From Octopus sinensis (Eukaryota), in contig NC_043007.1 of assembly GCF_006345805.1 (NCBI RefSeq), positions 4,216,001-4,280,000 on the forward strand: a DNA stretch of 64,000 nucleotides. Direction: 5' to 3'. A program made the translations under genes and the position numbers. Below the pieces are notes generated by a model, which saw nothing but the letters and a program-made list of their open reading frames with translations, was not told where the DNA came from and ran no database searches. Position 1 is the stretch's first letter; the number at the start of each line of letters is the position of its first letter. Shown here in pieces: positions 1-10,045 of the stretch.

Positions 1-56
1 TAAATTTGAACACAGTCTTGTCTTCAATATGAAGCATTTGAAGGAAAAGCTATTCC

Positions 57-93
<37 letters not shown>

Positions 94-98
94 ATATA
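57..98. repeat. (TA)n microsatellite
   Basis: Direct reading. Confidence 0.95.
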
Positions 99-290
99 AA
101 GTTAATCCAAACATGAAAACACAAAGAGAAAACACAACAATGTGAGGACGTGGAACAAATATAGTATTATTGGACGCTCAGGAAGGAAGGGAAGAAGGAG
201 GGTTTTACGTTTTGAGCGGAGCTCTTCGTCAGAAACATAGGAAAAGGAAAGATCCAGACAGGAGAAGATGGAGGAAGAAAATCGCCATAT
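95..290 (-). mobile_element. Penelope-like element terminal fragment with hammerhead-like motif
   Basis: Minus strand reads GTTT-CTGACGA-A-GAGC-TCC-GCTC-AAAA-CGTA-AAAC at 202-236. Reverse-complement homolog of the repeat at 48060-48270. PLE assignment rests on the known PLE/hammerhead association. Confidence 0.6.
202..236 (-). ncRNA. Minimal type I hammerhead ribozyme motif, G12>A (probably inactive)
   Basis: 4-bp stem I (GUUU/AAAC), CUGACGA core plus one extra A, 4-bp stem II, AAAA instead of GAAA, palindromic ACGU helix III, GUA triplet. Confidence 0.6.
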
Positions 291-444
291 ATATATATTG
301 AAGACAAGACTGTGTTCAAATTTAATGTCTTTATGAATGAGTTGTCCTTAATCCGTATGTTTAGTTTGGAATAGTACTGTTCCTAAAGGCATAAACAATT
401 TAAGGCTTTCTAAGTGTCTTCTTCAGAAGGAAGTTATAAGTGTA

Positions 445-483
445 TATATATATATATATAAGTTATAAGTTATATATATATAT

Positions 484-522
<39 letters not shown>
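445..522. repeat. Compound (TA)n(CA)n microsatellite
   Basis: Direct reading. Confidence 0.9.
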
Positions 523-523
<1 letters not shown>

Positions 524-1712
524 TCACTTAACATCAATTGTCCACGCTTACATGAGTTGGACAGTTTGACCAGGGATGGTAAGCTGAGGGGCTGCACCAG
601 ACTCTGGTCTGATGTGGCAAAGTTTCTACAGCTGGATGCTCTTCCTAACGGCAACCACTCTGAGAGAGTAATAGGTGCTTTTATGTGCCACTGGCACGGG
701 TGCCAGTTGCATGACATCAGTATCTGTCACAACTACAATTTCACTTGGCTTGATGGGGTCTTCTTCTCAAGCATGGCGTATTACCAAAGGTTTCAGTCAC
801 ATGTCATTGCCTCTGTGAGGCCCAATGTTCAAAGGTTGTGCTTCACCGCCTCATCCTATGTCTTCCTGGATCTACATCTTCCATGGGTTTCTTCCACTGT
901 TAGTGAGTGACTCTTCTTCACACAGGTCTCCTCATCCATACGCAGCACATGACCATACCAGTGCAGTCATCTCTCTTGCACACCACATCTGATGCTTCTT
1001 ATGTCCAACATTTCTCTCAGGGTACTTACACTTTGCTGCGTGTGCACACTGACATTACACATCCAGTGGATTATACTAGCTTCATTTCCTTCAAGCCTAC
1101 ATATGTCCTCAACATTCATCGCTCATGTTTCACTGCCATGTAGCATGACAGTTCGCACACACGCATCATACAGTCTACCTTTCACTCTGAGTAAGCGGTC
1201 CTTTGTCACTAGCAGAGGTAGGAGCTCTCTGAAATTTACCCAGGCTATTCTTATTCTAGAGGCAATGCTCTTAGAGCATCCACCCACATTACAGACTTGG
1301 TCACCTAGGTAGTGGAAGCTATCAACTACTTCTATTTTTTTCTTCTGGCATGTGATGGAATCTGTTTTCTGTGCTTCTTCAGTGTTAATTGCCCCTGTGC
1401 ATCTGCCACACACAAAAACTGTCATCCCGGTTAACCTTCTTTGATGTTGCTACACCTCTTATACGTCCATAGCTTACACTGGGTACATCTTATGGAGTTT
1501 CTACCTACACCTTTTCTACAGATTGAGCAGGGCCATCTACATGAAGAGGTTTGTGATTTGTTCACCTTCCTACTTACTGGGACTTTGGTTTTTGCAACAC
1601 TGACTCTAAGGCTCTTCGATTCTAAACCTTGCTTCCACACCTGAAATTTCTTCTCCCATTCTGGTAGTGATTCAGCTATGAGAGCAAGGTCATCAGCATA
1701 GAGGAGCTGCAA
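523..1712 (-). mobile_element. 5'-truncated RTE-clade LINE (RT C-terminal half, PHD-like insert, 3'UTR)
   Basis: ORFs 1431-1712 (LLYADDLALIAES...KTKV...CSICRKGVGRNSIRCTQCKLW) and 1123-1425 (VVDSFHYLGD...FRELLPLL...LYDACVRTVMLHGSET) carry RT motifs. The frame is disrupted. Homologous to 29560-30950. Confidence 0.9.
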
Positions 1713-1724
1713 GAAATAAAAATC

Positions 1725-1961
1725 CTTCCTGGGTCATATAGACTCATAGGGCTGGGTTTCCTTGTTTCTGTGGTGCATGTATTCCCCACTGGACTGAACA
1801 CTGATCCATCACAGGATTATTTGTGCTGGCTGAGTGGTCTGAAACAACATGAAATATGAAGTGTTTTGATCCAGAACACAACATGTTGCCCAGTCCAGGG
1901 ATTGAAACCACAACTTATGATCCTGAGCCCAACGCTCTAACCACTAAACTATGTGCCTTGA
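1725..1961 (-). mobile_element. tRNA-derived SINE
   Basis: Minus strand begins with A-box (tagtttagtggttagagc) and B-box (ggtttcaatccc) like motifs, followed by a non-tRNA body. Confidence 0.7.
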
Positions 1962-1979
1962 CATACACACACACACATA

Positions 1980-2295
1980 TTACGGAGATGTACTTGCATA
2001 GCAAGTGACTTGATCTGAGATCATGTGCTGAAACAAAAACAATTGCAGCATAGAGAATGTTTCTAAGCCATTTAAGAACACGAAAACTGTTAGATTCACT
2101 TCAACATTTAAGTTTAATTTGTGTTAAAATATTTTCATCACTTTCTGCTGCATCCTGAAATTTTCTCAATGAACAGGTTGCAGTTTCAAAGCGATGAAAA
2201 TATTTTGACACAAATTAAACTTAAATGTTGAAGTGAATCTAACGGTTTTTGTGTGTTCTTAAATGGCTTATAAAACATCTCCCACACTGCAATTG
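1980..2295. mobile_element. Palindromic (foldback) Penelope-type repeat, copy 1, degenerate hammerhead
   Basis: Arms about 2040-2140 and 2185-2295 are reverse complements. Homologous to 2991-3259. The core reads AUGAACA-G-GUUGC..GCGAU-GAAA-AUAUUU. Confidence 0.75.
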
Positions 2296-2400
2296 GGTGT
2301 GTGTATGTATATATATATATATATATATACTGGAGTAAGCACATAAATGTGAAACAAGGTGGTAAAAAGAGTACTCAAATACCAAAGGTAGAGTAACATG

Positions 2401-2564
2401 CTTTATTTAAAAGCAACAGAAAATATAACAAAAGCTGTTACTCAGAGTTTCATGTTCCTGTTCATCGGACAGTTTTATTAAATTAGAAAAAACTGTCCGC
2501 TGAACTGGAATGTGAAACTCTGAGTAACAGCTTTTGTTATATTTTCTGCTGCTTTTAAATAAAG
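2401..2564. repeat. About 75-bp-arm inverted repeat containing two hammerhead-like motifs
   Basis: 2401-2476 and 2490-2564 are near-perfect reverse complements. Each arm has CTGT-CCG(A/C)TGA-stemII-GAAA-CTC-T-GAG-TA-ACAG. Confidence 0.85.
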
Positions 2565-2577
2565 TATATATATGCAT

Positions 2578-2614
<37 letters not shown>

Positions 2615-2990
2615 CTTACACACAAATATGTGTGTGTGTTGTTATGTGTGTTTGTGTGTTATACTATGACTTATATTGTAAATGTTGTCTAGTTTTGTTT
2701 GTCTTTGCTGCTTTTGTAGCAGATTAATAAAATGTTATTTATTTGACTTTGTTTTCAATTTCCTTTCTTATCTGACTCTCTCAGCTTTTATACTTAAACA
2801 TATGATTGTGGGTTTCATGCAATAGGTTAATTAAATATTCTAATTTGCTTTAGGATTTTATGAAGCAAAATCATTACATCTTTCCATTTCTCATGGTATT
2901 TTAACCACCAAACATTTTCCCTACAATTCTAGCAAAAAATTCCAGGAGAATCCTTCTGACTGTGTTTTCCTCTACAGTTTTTGAAGTTTT

Positions 2991-3259
2991 ACGGAGATGT
3001 ACTCGCATAGCAAGTGATTTGATCTGAGATCATGTGCTGAAACGAAAACAATTGCAGCGTGGAAGGTGTTTGTAAGCCATTTAAGAAACACACAAAAGCC
3101 GTTCGATTCACTTCAACATTTAAGTTTAATTTGTTAAAATATTTTCGTCGCTAAAATCCGCGACCTGTTCACGGATTTTTGTCAGTGAACAGGTCGCGGA
3201 CTTTAGCGACGAAAATATTTTGACAAATTAAACTTAAATGTTGAAGTGAATCGAACAGC
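2991..3259. mobile_element. Palindromic Penelope-type repeat, copy 2, flanked by 12-bp TSD
   Basis: Palindrome 3093-3264. Direct repeat ttttgaagtttt at 2979-2990 and 3260-3271. CpG-rich relative to the flanks, suggesting youth. Confidence 0.8.
3178..3227 (+). ncRNA. Minimal type I hammerhead ribozyme candidate with G3-C8 core variant
   Basis: UUUGUCA / GUGAACA / G / GUCGC-ggacuuua-GCGAC / GAAA / AUAUU-U / UGACAAA gives a 7-bp stem I, 5-bp stem II and palindromic AAUAUU helix III. Confidence 0.65.
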
Positions 3260-5629
3260 TTTTGAAGTTTTGTTTTTGTTTATTTATTGGAAGCAGAATA
3301 TGCTGCTTCTGGAATATTTGAATCTCTCCATCCTCCCTATATGGATCCCAAGTTCTCAATTCCAAATTTACTATGCTTCAGGCATTTCATTCTGTCTTTG
3401 GATAGTACAATTAATTTTACACATTTTAGTTTACCTTAACTGTTGAGAACAGGTAACCAAATCATCTGGGATTGTTACCTGATTTAAACTGGCATTGATT
3501 TTTATTGATAATATTGCTGATTATAGCTGTATGATAAATTGGTTTACAGAATTGGATAAGTCTCCATTGTTTAGAGCTGACCTAATGGTCAATGACTCTG
3601 TGAAACAGAAATATATTTGCATTCAAGATTTAGAGACTGCTTACTTCCAAATTCGAATTCATTCCAGTAGATAATTTATATAGAGTGTTTGAAGCTAACA
3701 GAAGGTTGTATCAATTACAAAGGTTCCATTTAGGGTCATGTATAGTATTTCCATGTATCAGTATATGATTGAAGATTTTATTGAGCAATGCTCACTCAAG
3801 AACACACACACACACACAACACACACACACACATATATGTGGATAATACATGGTCGGCAGTACATGAATAATGAGGCATATGACAGACAGCCTGAAAATC
3901 TGTTAATGAATTTCGGTTCAGTTTAATAATAGCAAAAACATTATTAGTGTTAAAGAATTTAATATTATTATATCTCTCAAGAGAATTTACAACTTGATTC
4001 AGAAAGACTGAATTTATTTAAAGAACTGCCATTTCTTCACAATAATTTACATATATCTCCATTGTACCATAGGACATTTCAATTACTCCTCATAATGCAT
4101 AATTGAGCTCTGATAATATTCTACTCTTCAATGGGAATTAGATATTTTCATTATCACAGACTTTCCTGAACACATTTGAAGATTTTGGAAAAGTAATTGA
4201 ACATGCAACTCTGGTTTCTATCAACGAAGACATTGAATTCATATTGGAAACAAGTGCACTGGAAAATGGCATTGCCATTACTGTGAATTAACGACGGAAA
4301 CTTGGAGCCATGTTTTTATATTCAATATATTAGTAAAAACAACACAGAAACTGTAAAGGACATCAGAAATCATTTTACTCAATTATTTTACCTTTCCCAC
4401 CACCCACACACACCCCTGCATTTATGTGTGTGTTTGTGCATGGTTTGAAGACAATCTCAAAGACCAAGAATGCACAAAGTTGAGAGATTCCAGCTTGAAC
4501 TCTTTGTGCTTTCTTTCAAGCTTGGAACCCCAAGATTTCAACAAATAGTTTTTCAAATGTTTTTATTTGGTTGCTTGTGGTTCAGTCATGCCTTTTTCAC
4601 TTGGATTCATTTATAAAAGATTTAAGTCACTATTATTTCTTCTACCACTGTACCAATCAGATCATCAAGATTTCAGTATCTTCATCTCAGCGAATACTCT
4701 CTGTGGAGATGTATTTCTTCTTCTTTACATTATTTTCCAGGTTGTTTCCACAGATATTCTACAGAAACTGTAACCAGCACTGATTTTTGCTGCAATGCTT
4801 CATATCGAGGTGTCAGATGTAAACAAGCAATGAGATCAGAGACAAAAGTGGGGTAATGAGTGTATATGCCATATTTCGGAGGCTGTTGCCCCTTATTCAG
4901 CACCCATCTAACTTATTCTTGTCTCGGAACACATTGCTTATATAGCCACCACATACAGCAGTGTTAACTTATTGAATATACCTATTTACATATTAGACAC
5001 ATTCCTGGAACTGGTATAGAAACATACCTGAATGTGCCTACAAACCTTTAATAGTACTTCTTTACCTGCTTGGTTTTCAATGCTTCCCACCTTTATTCAG
5101 TCTTGTGCTACATTTTCACTGCATGATTTTGGTTTTCATGTGGTTCAATTTAAAACCATCTGCTGAGCTCTGTCAGTGTCCAGTTCTGTCAGTGTGGTCA
5201 GCAGCTGATCCATGGTTTCAGCAATGAGCATGACTTGGAGGGTTGTTATACTAACTAAAGTCTAAAAAAATGTAGGAGAAAGCTGGCGCTCTATAGGTCA
5301 GTGCTTAAAAAGCAAGGACAGGCTCATGGGGAGAGACAAAAGGGAAATGGAAAAGGCATGCAAAAGCTTCTACAACCTTTTTAAATTATCAGAGAGGATC
5401 GATCCTCCACCATCATAGATATTAGAAGAAGTGCCAACTATTCTGGTCAGTGAAACTGGAAATGTCCTCAAACTGATGAAAACAAACAAACTTCCAGGAA
5501 ATGTTCATGGCATAACAATAGAGAGATGTTAAGGTGTAGAGGTAAAGAGTTGTGGAAAATCCTCATGTTATGCTTTAATTGCCATCTGAAGACAGGTAAA
5601 AGAGCCTGGCTGTGGAAAGAGCTGAATAT

Positions 5630-6105
5630 CATTTGACTTCTTGATAAGGGTGAAGAAGAAGATTTAAGAAACTATCGACTCCTAATGCCTCTTCTCTCAC
5701 CTCTTTCAGCTGTTTACAGAGGTCATAGTTATGAGTCTGTTGAAGCATATTAGTGATCAGCAACTGAGGGAACGAGCAGGCCTCTCTATGAACAGCATGA
5801 TGGATCGTATATTCACTCTAACACAGCTTATAGAATGAGTGAAAGAACTCAAGCTGCCTTTGTGCATCGCTTTTGTCAACTATGGAAAGGCCTTCTATGG
5901 CATCAGGATGAATGCAGAGCTGAACACTTACGAAATTCAAGGTGTCAAGGTGCAATGCACCAAACTGCTCAGGGATGCAAATTCTGGATGCCTCACTTAT
6001 ATTTCTACTATCACTACTTTTAAGAGTTCCAATTGAGAATGGTGCCAAGCAAGGAGATACCATCTCGCCAAAGCTCTTCCCTGCATGTACAGAAATTATT
6101 TCAGA
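5630..6105 (+). mobile_element. Decayed RTE-type RT fragment (different family from 523-1712)
   Basis: Frames give ..LRNYR.., KLPLCIAFVNYGKAF and IENGAKQGDTISPKLF (RT motifs FVDYEKAFD and GVRQGDTISPKLF). Confidence 0.8.
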
Positions 6106-6230
6106 TATATCTACATGTATATATTTCTACACATATGCACATACTACGTATTATATCTGTCTGTCTGTCTGTCTGCCTCTCTGCCTCCCTCCCTGCTTGC
6201 CTGTATGTATGTATGAATGTATGTATATAT

Positions 6231-6505
6231 ATCGTCATCATCATCATCATCATTTAACGTTCGTTTTCCATGCTGGCATGGGTTGGACGGTTTGACTGAG
6301 GTCTGGTGAACCAGCACCTGCACCAGGCTCCAATCTGATCTGGCAGAGTTTCTACAGCTGGATGCCCTTCCTAATTCCAACCACTCTGAGAATGTAGTGG
6401 GTGCTTTTACATGCCACTGGAACAGGAGCCAGTCAGGTGGGCCTGGCATTGATCATGTTCGGTTGGTGTTTTTTATGTACCACTAGCACGGGAGCCAGTC
6501 TGGGG
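6231..6505 (-). mobile_element. RTE 3'UTR module (5'-truncated) with (GAT)n tail
   Basis: Contains ctacagctggatgcccttcctaa...aaccactc and a (cat)n tail. Homologous to the 3'UTR at 40200-40700. Confidence 0.8.
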
Positions 6506-6619
6506 ATACTATATATATATATATATATATATTTATACACACACACACACACACACACACATACTCGCACTTAATTTTTCTTCCTTCTTCTCTATGTGCC
6601 ATCAGATCAACAAATGGCC

Positions 6620-7800
6620 CCTAGTGATTTCTTTGATAAGTGTTCACCACTGTGATTAGTTTTGAGCAGTTCCCAACAGCTGATGTACGACGTCAGTTGC
6701 CCATTTATTGTTTTACCTCATCAGCATCCATTTCAAAATAAGAGTTGTCCTATGGAAGATTTCTCTACTTATTAAATTACTTCAGCCAAAGGGAAAAGTC
6801 AGTGTAGAATTTAACACTAATAATAGATATCTTCCTGCAGTTATTAACAAATTTAGTCACTTCTCTTTTGAAATGCAAAAACAATCATAAAAGGCTTGGG
6901 GGTGCTTTTATGAAAGAGTATCTGCATTTGTTAGTGCAGAATTTAGAAGCTTGTTTCAGGCTAGGATAATCTCTGTGCAAGGATTATGTTAAAGTTATTC
7001 GGTAACATGTTTTACCTGCATTTCATTCTTTGAATTTAACAAAACAAAATATATTGGGAGATGATTCCTGGTGATTCTCTTCGCAAAGTAAACTCCCTCT
7101 AATCCACAAGTATGAGCATTACTCCCCATGAGAGATATTTTAATCATCCACTTTAGAGAATTACTGCCGGTCACTCCTTTCTTGGATGTATAAACCTGAT
7201 AAGGTCCCTTTTAAATATTTTGTGAGAAACTATAATTACGTTCCTCTTTTGGGTGATACAACTATTAGAAGGTAATCTATAATGTGCATTCATTAGATTT
7301 GATGAAGAATGCTATCAAAAGTTTCCACTCAAGATTTGGTTCCCTCCAGAAAGGATTTCACTAGAAGTCATACTCATAATATTAACAATGATGCAGCTCT
7401 TAATTTTAATACATTGCTTCTAACACCTGATGTAGCTTCTATAGCAGTATTGATTAATCAGTCTCTTCAAATGATATCAGATACACCCTACAGCTCTAAA
7501 CAAAGATTCTGATCAACTTCCTTCAACTACACATGTTTCCACGAACAGAAATGATTCTAAAAACTCATCTACACTCACTTTCTTATACTACTTGTACTCA
7601 TTTTAACAATCCCAGCAACTTAAAGACAACTAAATGTAGCAGAATTTGGTTTTAGATTGCAGAGAGTTTTGAGTCTGTTACTGAGATGTATTAAGTCCAG
7701 TGCTTCACCATTTTTATCTCTCAATTGTCTTGTTTCTCTGGTTGTTTGTCTCTTCATCTGTTAATGTATACCTGCATTAACTATGCAGGTATAAAGATGT
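6620..7800 (-). mobile_element. Decayed R4/Dong-like non-LTR retrotransposon fragment
   Basis: Minus-strand frame GNCSKLITVVNTYQRNH resembles the C..LA..EY..RH zinc-knuckle tail of RLE-type elements. Many stops. Confidence 0.35.
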
Positions 7801-9138
7801 GTCATTAGATACAAGAAGAAGGTTCGGAATAAGAACTCCAGATATTCCAATTATAGCAGGAGTTTTCAACAATCTCTAGACTAATTTTGAATATAAAACC
7901 TTGAACAATTCCTAAGATTATTCAAAGAGTGCTGTATAGAGAAATCTGCCTTGCTGGATACAGCCTATTATAATACATGGATTAATGATGTAGCAACCCC
8001 TAAGTTAAGCAGCAGCAGCAGCAGCATCTAACTTTATGGTGTTTTTTTTTTCTTTGTTTGTTTGCTTTTTTTTATGGTTTGGAGTAACTACATATACAAA
8101 TATACAGCCATAATAAATAAATAAAAAAATGCCATTGATAAATTGAGAAGAAAAAGGAGGATGAGGAGTTGAGGGGGAAGCAGAAGAGAAAATATAATCC
8201 CACAATATATTGATTAATTGAACTGAACTGTTGGATTAACTAACAATTGTCTGCAAAATTTCTCTTAACTTAGATCCCCAAAATCTTATAGATTCAGTTT
8301 AAAGTTCAACATTTTGTAGAGGCCACATTGACAACATATACAATTTTTATAGCAAAGAGAGATTCTTGGCTCATTCAAAGACTATCACAAAAAGACTCCT
8401 TCCATACAATAAACTTACACACACACACACACACACACACAATGTACATATGTGTGTTCATGTGTATTTGTCTCTATGTGGTTTTGTATATATGTGGCTA
8501 TGTACGGGTGAATGTATTTAGCTATATACATGTATAATATTATGTGTGTGTTTGTGCGTGTGTGTTTGTGCATGTGTGTGTACATTCACACACACACACA
8601 CACACACACATATATGTTTGTGTGTACGAGTGTATGTATCTATTTGTAAGCTGAAAAATGTTGCTGTAATACAGCCATTTTGATTTCACCATTTCACCAT
8701 TTTCTGCTCTGAATCATTCAGTCCTAGTGCCACAGGTGAAACGTACTTTACAAGGACACAGCAATAGTGAGTGAGCAGGTTTAAACTATCTGATACTGCC
8801 ATGATCGTTTTATTGATTTATCGGAAAAAGCAGTGCTTGTTATGTATTTATTTATTTGTTTATTGTTACACTGCTGCTTGTTGTATGGTCGGTCAGTCTC
8901 TTCAAACAGGTTTTTCATTGTCGACTTCTTCGCCGCCCCCGCCTCGTCGTTATCTGCTGAAGTAGCTCTGATGCTGTTGTCTCTATCATCAGCTCCGGTG
9001 CCTACTGTCCATCCATTATTGTTGTCATCTTATCACCTTCACCACACACATCTGCACCCATTTCCTCTGCTTTGACCCACCTCTTTGTCATTGTCTCAGA
9101 CGCTTCCACCGTTATGAACAGCACCACTAGAAACCACC

Positions 9139-9142
<4 letters not shown>

Positions 9143-9190
<48 letters not shown>
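9143..9190. repeat. (CAT)n microsatellite within Ser/Thr/His-like low-complexity tract (about 9000-9520)
   Basis: Direct reading. Confidence 0.9.
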
Positions 9191-9191
<1 letters not shown>

Positions 9192-9789
9192 AGCTGCTGC
9201 CACTGCTGATGCTGCTGCCACCACTACTATATTTCACCACCAAACACTATCACTAACTCTGCTCACATCACAACCACCAGCACCACCAGTGCCGCCGCCG
9301 TCAGCCTCCCCATCAGCATCACCAGCATCATAATCACTATAAACAGTAACACTCTGTGATCATCTTGCAGCTTCATTAGTAACACTCCAAATCAGGAAAA
9401 CATAATTACCACTACAATGCCATCGTCACCTGTGTCATGTCTCTCCACTCCTGCCTCTTCATTAGCTTCATAATTTTTATCATAACTACCGGTGCCATCT
9501 CCTCCTCCTCCTGTCCCTTCCCCACCATTCCTGCTGTTGTAGGGCTTATTCCCCGTCGACTGTTCTAAACTGATGTTCATGTTTTACAACAAACACTAGA
9601 CACAATACAAGGCTTATTTCTCACAATTGATGCAGCAAATTAATCAAATTTGACTAAATTGATGTAACAGTGTATTACTGCTACTTATTCTATAAACTCT
9701 TAAAGGTTCAAGGGATCAAAAATCAATATTATTGGGAAAGGTTTGCACTGTAAAAATACAAGGAACAAAGCTAAATCCTGTGAGGTGCA

Positions 9790-10045
9790 TGTTTATATAT
9801 ATATATCATGGTATTGACCAGACTATCAGGTGTTGTTATACATTGCTGGTCACAATGCCTTTGAATCATACTACCCAACTGGCTAAGTGAGCAGTCCAAC
9901 ATTCCCTCTGATCGCAAAGCTGTTCTGTTGCAGGAATAACCATTTACTACCGACTGAACTGGAGCAATGTGAAATGAAGTGTTTTACTCAAAATCACAAT
10001 GCGTCACCCAGTCTGGGAATCGAACCCATAATCTAGTAATTTTGA
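9790..10045 (-). mobile_element. tRNA-derived SINE (decayed)
   Basis: Shares aatgtgaaatgaagtgtttt...cccagtctgggaatcgaacc with the SINE heads at 1850-1961 and 21410-21507. Its tail recurs inverted at about 33100-33160. Confidence 0.65.

Larger units (their letters stand above)
2800..4350 (-). mobile_element. Possible highly decayed LINE, interrupted by the palindromic element
   Basis: Strand-biased A-rich minus strand with no open frame. Only impressionistic similarity to L1-type ORF2. Confidence 0.25.

Noticed and set aside
2016-2035. bantam-like miRNA seed (tgagatcat)
   Set aside because: Only the first 9 nt match, it lies in a repeated mobile element, and it is not in a pre-miRNA hairpin.
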